Source: an uncultured Pseudobdellovibrionaceae bacterium
GTDB taxonomy: Bacteria > Bdellovibrionota > FAC87 > UBA2466
Direction of reading: 5' to 3'
Assembly: GCA_964603655.1 (NCBI GenBank)
Contig: CAZRVZ010000037.1
Coordinates: 1 to 63,783, forward strand
Length of the DNA stretch: 63,783 bases
The notes beneath the pieces were generated by a model, which searched no databases, was not told the origin of the DNA, and saw only the letters and a list, made by a program, of their open reading frames with translations. The translations under genes were made by a program, and so were the position numbers. Below are positions 55,282 to 63,783 of the stretch, piece by piece (positions within the stretch are counted from its first letter, which is position 1; each line of letters begins with the position of its first letter).

Positions 55282-56022
55282 TCAGGCTCCACCCCCCACG
55301 ATGAGCATCAGGCGAACGCCTTCCGATCGGTGACTATCCGGATTCAGGAATGAATTACGAACATAGGCCAGAAGTAGAGAAAGCGAAATATCGGGTTCAC
55401 TGACCTGAAACCGAGCGCCCACTTTCAAATCGACGCGATTATTGAAGAGAACACCCGATCTGTCGATGCATCCGAACGGCTCCAGATAAAGGCTGAGAGC
55501 ATGGCGTGTATCCAGTTGCGCGCGAAGGCTCAACCTCCAAAATGCGGCAGCCATGAGATTATTCTGGTCGAGCGAGGAATAGACCGTTTCGCCGTACAGC
55601 TCGGAATCACCCAAAAGCCCGAAAGACAGAGGGCTCGAATCGAATCGACTCCCGATCATGAGAAATCTCGCATCGCCTAACCAGCCGCTCGTCGCATTTA
55701 GAGGTCTGACCGCGCGCCACTGACCTTGAAGTTCGATGCCACCGAAAACCCACCGAGCGCCTGGCGCGCCATAGAGGCGAGAAAAACCGGTCTCGCCTTG
55801 CTGAATCGCGGAAAAAAAATCGGCCCCCACCTGCAAAAACGGAGAAAGCCGTCCAAATGAAGACGAGCGCGAGAACACCCGCACCCTCGATTGACTGGAG
55901 CTCGACGAGATCCAGCCCTGCATGACATTTTCGCTGTACCAGTCCAATGACAGGGCCGACGGGCTGGGGGTGGCGCGTAGTACGTAAACACTGGCCAAAA
56001 GAATAAAAAGTCGAGCACCCAT
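55282..56022 (-). CDS. small outer-membrane beta-barrel protein, first gene of the EPS cluster
   Basis: Trimmed to the ATG at 56022 (MGARLFILLASVYVL signal). Alternating beta pattern throughout. Confidence 0.55.
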   Translation of the reverse strand: MGARLFILLASVYVLRATPSPSALSLDWYSENVMQGWISSSSSQSRVRVFSRSSSFGRLSPFLQVGADFFSAIQQGETGFSRLYGAPGARWVFGGIELQGQWRAVRPLNATSGWLGDARFLMIGSRFDSSPLSFGLLGDSELYGETVYSSLDQNNLMAAAFWRLSLRAQLDTRHALSLYLEPFGCIDRSGVLFNNRVDLKVGARFQVSEPDISLSLLLAYVRNSFLNPDSHRSEGVRLMLIVGGGA

Positions 56023-56278
56023 AAACACCAAAGTAATGATTATTCCTGGTGATGCTCACTTAGGAAAGGCGCTTGATTTATGCTGCGAGTCGATGCCTTA
56101 CCATCCGAGGCTTCAACGTCAGGCGGTCTGCACGGCGTACTCTGTGAGCGAATCAGATGTTGAGGCGTGGAACGGGTACGTGAAAGATCTGGGTGAACTG
56201 ACTCTCTTATCGGAAATCGTTCAGGCATTGGTGGCGGATCCGAAGAGGTGTCAGTAATTTCCGCACTAGGGAAATCTC

Positions 56279-56968
56279 TTAAAACCGCGCAACCATCCAG
56301 GCCGAGCCGATTCCCGGAATGATGTTCCAACTGCCCCCTGTGCCAAAGTGACCTGAGCCCAGCGACATCTGCGCCCGCTCTTCTGGTGAATCCTGAAGCA
56401 AACGATAGACGCCGGCTCCAATCATTATGATTCCCGGAAACAATAGGTATCGACTACCGCTATAAGAACCGGTGCCGAAAAAATAAAGCAGAGACGTGCC
56501 CGAAAGTAGGTGGGACGCCATTCTCATGATGCGGCCGGTGTAGGCCTCATCGGCTAGCACCCGCAGACGGGTCCTGCCAAACTCTTCCCGTGAGACCACT
56601 CCGCCGAAATCTTTTGCCGTGCCAGGCGCGTAGCGTTGGTAACGTTGTGCCACCACCTCGATTCCCGAAAGACCTTGGAGTAGCCTAATTCCGTCAAAAA
56701 AAGTAACCCAGCCGGTGAAAGAAAGTCCGAAACCCATCATCGCTCCCAACCCAGCGGGAGCCGACGTCAGTTGAATGATTCCCCAGACACCGTTGTAAAG
56801 ACCGGAAGCCACCGAAAATGCCCCCCAATAATCCCGGTAACGCGGATAACTGGAATCGATAATGGCATAAGCATCGTCGATTCTACCGGGATCGGTGTAG
56901 TCAGCGGCTTTGGCGACGGTTCCAATCCACAGTAATCCAAAACAAACTATGATTCTTACGGGTATCAC
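56279..56968 (-). CDS. hypothetical secreted or membrane protein
   Basis: Signal peptide (IVCFGLLWIGTVAKA), Gly-rich hydrophobic stretches, C-terminal ..AWMVARF. Overlaps the upstream ATP-grasp stop by 4 nt. Confidence 0.55.
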   Translation of the reverse strand: MIPVRIIVCFGLLWIGTVAKAADYTDPGRIDDAYAIIDSSYPRYRDYWGAFSVASGLYNGVWGIIQLTSAPAGLGAMMGFGLSFTGWVTFFDGIRLLQGLSGIEVVAQRYQRYAPGTAKDFGGVVSREEFGRTRLRVLADEAYTGRIMRMASHLLSGTSLLYFFGTGSYSGSRYLLFPGIIMIGAGVYRLLQDSPEERAQMSLGSGHFGTGGSWNIIPGIGSAWMVARF

Positions 56969-57936
56969 GTTTGCCCCTGTCGCCTGACTCTGAGTGCCTC
57001 AATCTGCCTCATGAGCTCAATCTGCCCCTCTATTTTCATCACGGCATTGACCTGTATCAACGCCGAGGGGCAGGTGAAGTTTATTTCGCTAATCCGTTCT
57101 CCGATAAAGTCCAATCCCAGAAAATAGAGACCTCTTTCGGATAAATTTTTGGAGATCTCGAGCGCGGCGCGGCGCTGATTCTCGGTCAGATTCCAGGGAT
57201 GTGCCGTGGCTCCCTGGTGCAGACTTCCAACCCGGCTGCCTTTCCCGGGCTTTCGCAGTACGTGTCCTAAAATATTTCCGTCGAATGAAAGCACCCGCAG
57301 ATCTCCGATAGTCTCCATTTCTCGCGCATAATCCTGGAGCACGATACTCCCCGCCCCGCCCCACTGCGCCCAATAGCGCTCCAAGAGGGACCGGTCCGAT
57401 TGCTGAGAAAAGAATTCGATCCCCTGGGCGCAGTAGGTATTCTTGGGTTTGGCGACCAAATCACACTGAGACCGCTTCACGCCGTCAATGAGTTCATCCA
57501 AACTGTGCACTATCCGAGTCGGAATAGAATATTGCGCGAACTCCATCGGGATCTCGTGCTCGCTGATCCGCCAGATTACAGCCGGGTCATTAATCTGCAA
57601 TACAGAACTGGGCGAGCTCATGAAGGCTCTGCAATGGCCGACAAACTCCTCGTCGACCGGTGGATCTTGCCGGTGCAAAATGACGCCGTACTCTTCCACG
57701 GATGCGGTTCGCCAGGGTCCGAGTCGAAATGGGGGGCTATCGTGTCTAAAAACCTCGATGATTTCGGCGACCCTGAGCCGTTGCAAATAATCCGGGTGTT
57801 TCCAGTCCATCTGGGAGAGGTCGAGATAATCGGTGGGAATTTTACAACGCAAAAGCTCAAATGCCATGAGGATGCTGGTATCGGTCGCGGGCAGAAACGT
57901 CGAAAGCGGATCGGCCGCCAAAAGGTAGCGAGTCAT
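56965..57936 (-). CDS. glutathione synthetase-like ATP-grasp protein
   Basis: Colinear with prokaryotic GshB: HRQDPPVDEEF, DLRVLSFDGNILGHVLRKP..GSLHQGATAHP, GLYFLGLDFIGERISEINFTCP. Confidence 0.65.
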   Translation of the reverse strand: MTRYLLAADPLSTFLPATDTSILMAFELLRCKIPTDYLDLSQMDWKHPDYLQRLRVAEIIEVFRHDSPPFRLGPWRTASVEEYGVILHRQDPPVDEEFVGHCRAFMSSPSSVLQINDPAVIWRISEHEIPMEFAQYSIPTRIVHSLDELIDGVKRSQCDLVAKPKNTYCAQGIEFFSQQSDRSLLERYWAQWGGAGSIVLQDYAREMETIGDLRVLSFDGNILGHVLRKPGKGSRVGSLHQGATAHPWNLTENQRRAALEISKNLSERGLYFLGLDFIGERISEINFTCPSALIQVNAVMKIEGQIELMRQIEALRVRRQGQT

Positions 57937-57978
57937 CTCAAGGCCATAAACTCAAGAGGTACCACTCGATTGAGAAAA

Positions 57979-59223
57979 TTACAAAACTCCCTTGAGCGTT
58001 TCGGATGTAAAGTAGGCAAGCGGGTTGACGGCCTTGCCGTTCTCCCGGATCTCGAAATAAAGGCTCGCCCGCTCGACATTTCCGGTGTCACCGACATACC
58101 CGATCGTTTCGCCCTGAACCACGGCGTCCCCCTTCTCCTTCGTCGCCTTGAATAGATGCCCACACAGGGAATAAAGACCCCCGCCATGATTGAGAATCAG
58201 CACATTGCCCAAACCCTTGAGCCACCCCGAAAACTCCACCCAACCACCGAACACCGCCCCTACCGGAGCATTGTGCTCCGCGCCGATTTCAATTCCTTTG
58301 TGAAAGACGACGGTTCCGAATTGAGCGTGAACATCTTTTCCGAAGCCTCGAATTATTTTGCCCGTCGCTACCGGTAGCGGAAGCGACTGTTTCTTCGGGC
58401 GTTGGCTCGTTCCAGTGGTGGTTCGTCCGCTGGGGCTTCCGGTGGAGTTACCCGCGGTCCGTGCCGAATCAAAGCCTGAAAATAACTGGGCGAGCTCCGA
58501 TGACAGACGCCGGTATTCCCTAACGGCGCGTTCATAGGCTGACTGTTTTTCAAGAATATGGGAAATCATCTGGCGCTTGCGCTGGAGATACCCACCGAGC
58601 AACTGCTCCTGTTCCGCCAGCTCACGGAGCACCTTCTCGAGCTCCGAATGCACCGTTGCGATTCGGTCCTGACTCGACTTCAGCCGCCCGGCCCGTTCAT
58701 CCAGTTTTTGGGTCAATTCCGCGTGCGAGCGAAACGTACGGTAGAGAATGCGAATTCGACCGGCTAAATGAGCAAGATTTTCACCGCGCGCCACAAACCT
58801 CAAGAATCCATCTTTTTTTACTTTATAAAGAAAACGGGCAAGCCCGACCAGTCGGTTTTTTTCGATTCTCTGGGCGTCCTGTTGTTTCTGGAATTCCATG
58901 CTCAGGTTATCATAAGCCATCGCCAGCTCACGGTGGTTCAGGCGGATTTCGGAAATCCGCTCGCGAACGCGATTCTGATCGGAATTGATGGAGTCCAACT
59001 CCTCGATCAGACTGCGACGGGAAGCCTCTCTTAATTCATATTGAGGCTTTTCCTGCTGAAGGATCTCTTTGAGTTCGCTGACACTTGCGCTGATACTTGC
59101 GCTGGCACCAGCACGTGCGTTTATGCGATCGGATTCAGGGGACGGCTCTATGGCACCCCAGCCTTGGGCACTCGCAATCGAGATAAAAATGATGAACAAG
59201 GCGACGACCACCTTTTCAATCAC
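57979..59223 (-). CDS. envC: EnvC-like murein hydrolase activator (coiled coil plus degenerate M23/LytM domain)
   Basis: Long coiled coil then a LytM domain with degenerate metal ligands (HKGIE instead of HxxxD). Immediately downstream of ftsEX. Confidence 0.75.
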   Translation of the reverse strand: MIEKVVVALFIIFISIASAQGWGAIEPSPESDRINARAGASASISASVSELKEILQQEKPQYELREASRRSLIEELDSINSDQNRVRERISEIRLNHRELAMAYDNLSMEFQKQQDAQRIEKNRLVGLARFLYKVKKDGFLRFVARGENLAHLAGRIRILYRTFRSHAELTQKLDERAGRLKSSQDRIATVHSELEKVLRELAEQEQLLGGYLQRKRQMISHILEKQSAYERAVREYRRLSSELAQLFSGFDSARTAGNSTGSPSGRTTTGTSQRPKKQSLPLPVATGKIIRGFGKDVHAQFGTVVFHKGIEIGAEHNAPVGAVFGGWVEFSGWLKGLGNVLILNHGGGLYSLCGHLFKATKEKGDAVVQGETIGYVGDTGNVERASLYFEIRENGKAVNPLAYFTSETLKGVL

Positions 59224-60113
59224 TTTAACGGTCCCTCGCGAAACCGCAGAAAGACCCCGATACTTCCCAGAAACGCCATGCAGATACCCAAAGTCACAAA
59301 ACCCACCAATTGACCCGGCGAAAGAAACAGCCAGTCCTTAAAACCCAGGGCATTTGCCCAATTACGCGCCCCCCACGCGGTGACTCCGCTGCGCAAAAAC
59401 AGAAGCACGATCAAGGCGGAAACGGTACCGAGAACTCCCTCAATCAGCCCCTCCCAAAGGAAAGGGCTCATCACAAACTTCTGGCTCCCGCCAATCAGGC
59501 GCACGATATCAATCTCCGCCTTTCTATGTTGGTGTCGCATTCCCATGAAGTTGGCGATCAGAAACGCACACCCGCACACGATGCCTGCCACCAGAATGAT
59601 TCCAATGGAACGCAAGAGTCCCCGAATATTCTTGTATTGGAGCAGCCAATCCTCGGAAAAATCCGCCTCCGCAACTTCGGAAAACTGTGCGAGAGTCGCC
59701 TTCACCACCGATACGGCCGTCGACGGTGCATCTTTGCGCATCTCCAATTCGAGAATATCGGGAAACAGTTCTCCGGCCGGGATTGCGGCTCCCTCGGGAG
59801 CCCCGAGAAACAACGACAGCTCTTGCAGAACTGTATCCTTGGCCTTAAAGGTAACTCGCTGTACCGCTTCCAGCGAAAGGATGCGATCCTTGAGAGACTG
59901 GATCTGTCCGGCCGATAAATTTTCCCTGAGATACAGCGTTCCCGTCGTATTCGGATTCGTAGATTCCGCCAATCGTTCGAAATTCCGATAGCAGATCAGA
60001 AACACACCCAGGATCACCATGGCGACCGTGATGGTCGAAGTACTTACCAGGTGGAGCCAAGGGTGCCGTCTGAAATCGAGACCAATTCGCCTCAGACCGC
60101 GTAAGCTCGACAT
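59220..60113 (-). CDS. ftsX: cell division permease FtsX
   Basis: Four-TM FtsX topology with a periplasmic loop after TM1. Follows ftsE. Confidence 0.85.
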   Translation of the reverse strand: MSSLRGLRRIGLDFRRHPWLHLVSTSTITVAMVILGVFLICYRNFERLAESTNPNTTGTLYLRENLSAGQIQSLKDRILSLEAVQRVTFKAKDTVLQELSLFLGAPEGAAIPAGELFPDILELEMRKDAPSTAVSVVKATLAQFSEVAEADFSEDWLLQYKNIRGLLRSIGIILVAGIVCGCAFLIANFMGMRHQHRKAEIDIVRLIGGSQKFVMSPFLWEGLIEGVLGTVSALIVLLFLRSGVTAWGARNWANALGFKDWLFLSPGQLVGFVTLGICMAFLGSIGVFLRFREGPLK

Positions 60114-60116
60114 AAT

Positions 60117-60803
60117 TTAGCTCCACCCCAATTGCCGGTCGGCGATCATCACGCCGTGCTCGAGCTCGATCACGCGCGAGGGAAACTCGTCCATCAGATT
60201 CTCATCGTGAGTGGCGATGAACACCGTCGTTCCCATCGAATGAATCTCCTTAAACAATGACATGATTTCGCGTGCGGTTCGGTTATCGAGATTTCCCGTC
60301 GGTTCATCCCCTAAGAGTAATGCCGGTTTTCCAACGATGGACCGAGCGATGGCGATTCTCTGTTGCTCACCGCCCGATAGCGTCAGCGGGAAATCACCCC
60401 GACGATCCTCGAGCCCAACCAACGAAAGCACCCCCAACACCCGGTGGTCCACCTCGGACCGTGTCATCTTGCGAATCTCGAGCGGGAGAGCGACATTCTC
60501 GTACACGCTGAGATCCGGGAGCAGCTTAAAGTCCTGAAAAACGAACCCCACCTCGCGCCGATACTGCGGAATGCGCGACTTCGGAATTTCGCTAATATCT
60601 CGGCTATTGACGACGATGGAACCGCTCGACGCGCGCTCCATCGCGAAGAGAAGTTTCAAGAGAGTAGTCTTTCCGGCACCATTAGTACCGGTCACGTAGG
60701 CGAACTCGCCGCGATCCAGATCAAAGCTCACATCGCGCAGAGCGCTGCGTGTTTCCGAATACTGCTTACCGACGCGATGAAGCCGTACCATTTTCGCGGA
60801 CAT
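60117..60803 (-). CDS. ftsE: cell division ATP-binding protein FtsE
   Basis: Walker A GTNGAGKTT, signature LSGGEQQR and Walker B LLLGDEP. ORF trimmed to MSAKMVRLH. Confidence 0.9.
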   Translation of the reverse strand: MSAKMVRLHRVGKQYSETRSALRDVSFDLDRGEFAYVTGTNGAGKTTLLKLLFAMERASSGSIVVNSRDISEIPKSRIPQYRREVGFVFQDFKLLPDLSVYENVALPLEIRKMTRSEVDHRVLGVLSLVGLEDRRGDFPLTLSGGEQQRIAIARSIVGKPALLLGDEPTGNLDNRTAREIMSLFKEIHSMGTTVFIATHDENLMDEFPSRVIELEHGVMIADRQLGWS

Positions 60804-60921
60804 AGGCCCCCAAACCCTTGCCAACAACTTCAGGTGGTTTTTTAGTATCTCAACGAAACAAGTGCCAGGCCATTCTACCATAATGGCACAAACTTGGACG
60901 CGTAATGTCCCGACATTCTTT

Positions 60922-60951
60922 TTGCATCACGGCATGTGGGTGGGCTATAAC
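60922..60951 (+). promoter_or_regulatory. sigma-70-type promoter candidate for tRNA-Cys
   Basis: TTGCAT (60922-60927), an 18-nt spacer, then TATAAC (60946-60951), about 15 nt upstream of the tRNA 5' end. Confidence 0.45.
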
Positions 60952-60965
60952 TTTTAGATTGGTGC

Positions 60966-61037
60966 GGCGCCATAGCCAAGTGGTAAGGCGGAGGTCTGCA
61001 AAACCTTTATTCCCCGGTTCGAATCCGGGTGGCGCCT
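60966..61037 (+). tRNA. tRNA-Cys (GCA)
   Basis: 7-bp acceptor stem GGCGCCA/TGGCGCC. D-loop AGCCAAGTGGTAAGGC. Anticodon loop CTGCAAA. T-arm CCGGTTCGAATCCGG. No encoded CCA. Confidence 0.9.
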
Positions 61038-61090
61038 TGACCATTTGCATTGGTCTAGCTGCGTATAGTCGCTGCGTAATAGACGCTGCG

Positions 61091-63499
61091 TTACGGAACT
61101 ATTGTTCCGATGACGGTTACGCGCTCCAGTTGAACGCGCTCCAAACCCGTCGGGGAAATAAAAATGGCTTGGAAGCGGAGCGAGACCGGCGCACCTCCCA
61201 AATAGGTTATCAGCGAGGCGATCTTTGAATTAATTTCCGCTGCAGTGTTGGCCTGGGCCAAATCAGCGGATGCCTTCCAGACCGTGCCATCGTGATAGGC
61301 CCAGTTAGCACCGTCTTTACTCATTCGATAGACAACTGATCCGCGGTGCAGCGGCCCGTAAGAGTCAAAAAAACCGTTCAATGCGCTGAACTGAACACCG
61401 GCGGCGGGGGACAGGGTGGGGCGTGACGCCGAGTAATGGCTGGGGTCCACGGTCACCGAGTCGAGCTGGGGCGAGTCGCCTTGAACGTCCGAATCAAATC
61501 TAGCAGTGTATTGAAAAACCTTGCCAGTGAGGGCCGTGGGAAATGGGATCGACGGTCGAGAAAGAGATGTGTTCGTGAGCTCCGAGTAGTTGGAGTTCGC
61601 GCTGCCGTCTGGACCGACGAACGGGTAGTTCGTTATGTCACAGTTATCTGTCGTGGGGCACGCTCTCACCTGAAATTGCAAGCGCATAGCGCCTCGTCGG
61701 TAGAGATCTCTTATCTGAGTGACGCTCAGAGCGTTCGCAAAAACCGCGAGCTCATCTATAGAACCGGTGAATGCCTGACTGGCGCTAAATCCACCACCGA
61801 CCGTGTCTTGCTCCTGCCCTAGCACCAGTGTCCCCCCGGTTGAGATCGTGGACTCGGTGTGGGAACTCGTTTTTACAGCCGTTCCATCGACATAGAGGGT
61901 TGAATTGCTCCCGCTCGTGCCCAACCTTTTTGCCCAGACCAGCGCGACGTGATGCCATCGACCATCATCGATTTTCACGGTCGCTGAAACATTGTGATTG
62001 CTATAGAAATAAACCAGTGTGGTGCTGGTGAGCCCCATCAGCAGATGGTTGTCGTTTGTACTTTTGGAATAAGAAATGAAATAACGAGTACCCGTGGTGG
62101 GCGGCACCTTGACCCAAGAGGAAACAGTGAGCGCGTCGTTTCTCATCGAACGCAAACTCGTAGCAGAAACGTAATTACCAACTGTACTATTAAATGCTCG
62201 GGCCCCTAGAATACGCCCGTTCGGGTCGAACTGGTTTCCCATTGAAATAATCGATGTCGGCGACTGCATTCCAGAGGTATCGCGCGGAACACCGTTAGTC
62301 TCGTCGGAATGCAGTAGGAGAATATTATTGAGTCCCGTCGGGCCCATGTCCAGCGCCCCCTCTGCGTACCCCGTCTCTCCGGCGCCCAAATCAGGGAGTG
62401 GTTTTCCATAGGGTGCGCGGGGAATCCAGGCCAGCCGGTTCCAGAGCGCCTCGGTTTCCATCGTCATTAAACGGGAGGTCTGCCTACCGATGCGAGGAAA
62501 TGTCGTAACTAGCGGGTCAATTTGAAGCGGTAGTTGGGAAACTAAATTAGCGCTCACCCCCCCGCCGAATCCGAGAGATCCCATATCGTCATCGGTCTGA
62601 TCGCGCAGGGCCAACTCTGCGTACCCTCCCAAGCTTAACGGCATGAGCGCGATGAGCTGATTCGAGAATAAATAACTCGCGACCCGAGTGGCATCAAAAA
62701 GATAGTTTACATTAGTGCCGGGCACGCCCCTTCCGGTAATTCCCTTTTCCACCAAGTATTCATCGCTTGCCACCCGATACGAAACGGCCAACTTGGACGT
62801 TTCGCTTTCCGCGACAGCCGGTGTGAACGAGACGATGATGTTGCAGGTTTCGCCCGGATCGATCGGCATTTCACAGGTATGAGAGACTACTCGAAATCCC
62901 CCCTGTGGCACCGCAATCCGGGCCGCCGTAAATTGTGCCGATTCCGCACCCGTATTGGTCAACATGAACATATGATTGAGAGTCGCCAGCACCCCCACAT
63001 CTCCAAACGAATAGCCGGCATTACCATCCAACTGCAGCCTGGTTTCAAAACCGACGCGAATTGATTTTTCACGCGAAACAACATTGGCCCCCTTGAGTGA
63101 AAGAGCCACGGTTTCCGCCCTCGTCCCCTTGAGATAAATAGGAACACCCATCCCGAGATTTCCTGCGGGCACAATTTCGAAAGGTTCAGCGCAGAGAGGA
63201 TCTCTAAAAGCCTTAAGCACCGACCCGGCGGAAAGCACCAACTCAACCTCAGCCAAGAGCGCTGCTCCGGCAAAGTCACCCCCCTGAACGGCAACCCCAA
63301 ATCCGGCTCGGCAAACCCCTCTTCCAAGTGTGTCCGGCCCGTAAAACTCGAGTTGGACTATCCTTCCCGGCACGCTTGCACCCTCGCCAGAAACTGGCAG
63401 ACCACTCGAACCACCGCTAGCGACAACTATCGCCTTACGACCGCACTGGGTCAGCATCAGGAGAAAAATAATTGAGGCGTAGCGAAAAGCCATATCCAT
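61091..63499 (-). CDS. large lipoprotein with LamG/concanavalin-A-like lectin domain
   Basis: Lipobox LLMLTQC. Central LamG_3-type region (..WHHVALVW..LYVDG....GSIDELAVFANALSVTQIRDLY). Flanking beta-rich regions. Confidence 0.7.
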   Translation of the reverse strand: MDMAFRYASIIFLLMLTQCGRKAIVVASGGSSGLPVSGEGASVPGRIVQLEFYGPDTLGRGVCRAGFGVAVQGGDFAGAALLAEVELVLSAGSVLKAFRDPLCAEPFEIVPAGNLGMGVPIYLKGTRAETVALSLKGANVVSREKSIRVGFETRLQLDGNAGYSFGDVGVLATLNHMFMLTNTGAESAQFTAARIAVPQGGFRVVSHTCEMPIDPGETCNIIVSFTPAVAESETSKLAVSYRVASDEYLVEKGITGRGVPGTNVNYLFDATRVASYLFSNQLIALMPLSLGGYAELALRDQTDDDMGSLGFGGGVSANLVSQLPLQIDPLVTTFPRIGRQTSRLMTMETEALWNRLAWIPRAPYGKPLPDLGAGETGYAEGALDMGPTGLNNILLLHSDETNGVPRDTSGMQSPTSIISMGNQFDPNGRILGARAFNSTVGNYVSATSLRSMRNDALTVSSWVKVPPTTGTRYFISYSKSTNDNHLLMGLTSTTLVYFYSNHNVSATVKIDDGRWHHVALVWAKRLGTSGSNSTLYVDGTAVKTSSHTESTISTGGTLVLGQEQDTVGGGFSASQAFTGSIDELAVFANALSVTQIRDLYRRGAMRLQFQVRACPTTDNCDITNYPFVGPDGSANSNYSELTNTSLSRPSIPFPTALTGKVFQYTARFDSDVQGDSPQLDSVTVDPSHYSASRPTLSPAAGVQFSALNGFFDSYGPLHRGSVVYRMSKDGANWAYHDGTVWKASADLAQANTAAEINSKIASLITYLGGAPVSLRFQAIFISPTGLERVQLERVTVIGTIVP

Positions 63500-63783
63500 T
63501 TACCCGTTGTGCTTAAACTGTTGGTTACACAGGGATGGACTGCAACTTCCATTCCCTATTTATGGGCTGTATAAATGAACCGCACCCGACCAAACTTTGG
63601 ACGGTCTTTTGGCCGAGTTGGCCAACACGTTGTTTTGACACCGGAAACACGAAACAAAGATAGACAGTCCGGCAGTGCCACTTCAATGAACAGTCAGACT
63701 GACTTAGCAACCTCACCTGGAACGTTTCTGAAACCTTTCGGCCTTCGCGATTCTGGGCTGATACCATTTGCTACAATTTCGAC

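Noticed and set aside
56036-56257. 73-aa plus-strand ORF in the 250-bp gap upstream of the EPS cluster.
   Set aside because: It has no RBS and no recognisable fold, and it occupies what is more plausibly the promoter region of the minus-strand cluster. I kept it only as a remote possibility.
60966-63499. Possible integrative element at tRNA-Cys.
   Set aside because: No integrase, excisionase or duplicated tRNA 3' segment was seen. Only the short tandem repeats, reported separately, are present.

Overview
This 63.8-kb segment is from a Gram-negative bacterial chromosome with mid-50s % GC by eye. I call about 65 CDS and one tRNA-Cys. I found no rRNA, CRISPR array, integrase or prophage. Most of the window is housekeeping: tmk-holB-metG-tatD-pilZ, sdhCAB with a single cytochrome b, yfgM-bamB, tyrS, zapA plus 5-formyl-THF cyclo-ligase, rsmE and ftsEX-envC. 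It also holds many peptidoglycan-remodelling genes (SLT, Mpl, a beta-lactamase-fold hydrolase, UppP, PBP4, NamZ, an M23 activator) and many small OM beta-barrel proteins. The gene content resembles a Bdellovibrionota or deltaproteobacteria-like lineage, but that placement is inference only. Small accessory pockets include a RayT transposase flanked by exact inverted REP palindromes. There is also a 181-bp palindromic MITE-like element with a related miniature copy, three type II toxin-antitoxin pairs (one toxin-first RelE/Phd, two BrnT/BrnA) and a decayed XRE fragment. The strongest candidate for an undescribed system is the minus-strand cluster at 47.5-56.0 kb. It is a synthase-dependent exopolysaccharide locus built around an NfrB-type GT2 that lacks the C-terminal c-di-GMP receptor region of E. 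coli NfrB. Its partners are a DUF2334-like deacetylase, a 720-aa orphan secreted protein, a TIM-barrel hydrolase-like protein, WecB and a small OM barrel. Other leads are a fused double D-Ala-D-Ala-ligase-like ATP-grasp coupled to an S58/DmpA peptidase, a flavodoxin with an unknown 200-aa N-terminal extension, an oxidoreductase/unknown/FAH operon with overlapping stop and start codons, a sigma-54-type promoter in front of an AT-rich lytic transglycosylase, and a hairpin-rich leader between a REC-GGDEF gene and dacB. All product calls rest on motifs read from the supplied translations. No database search was run.
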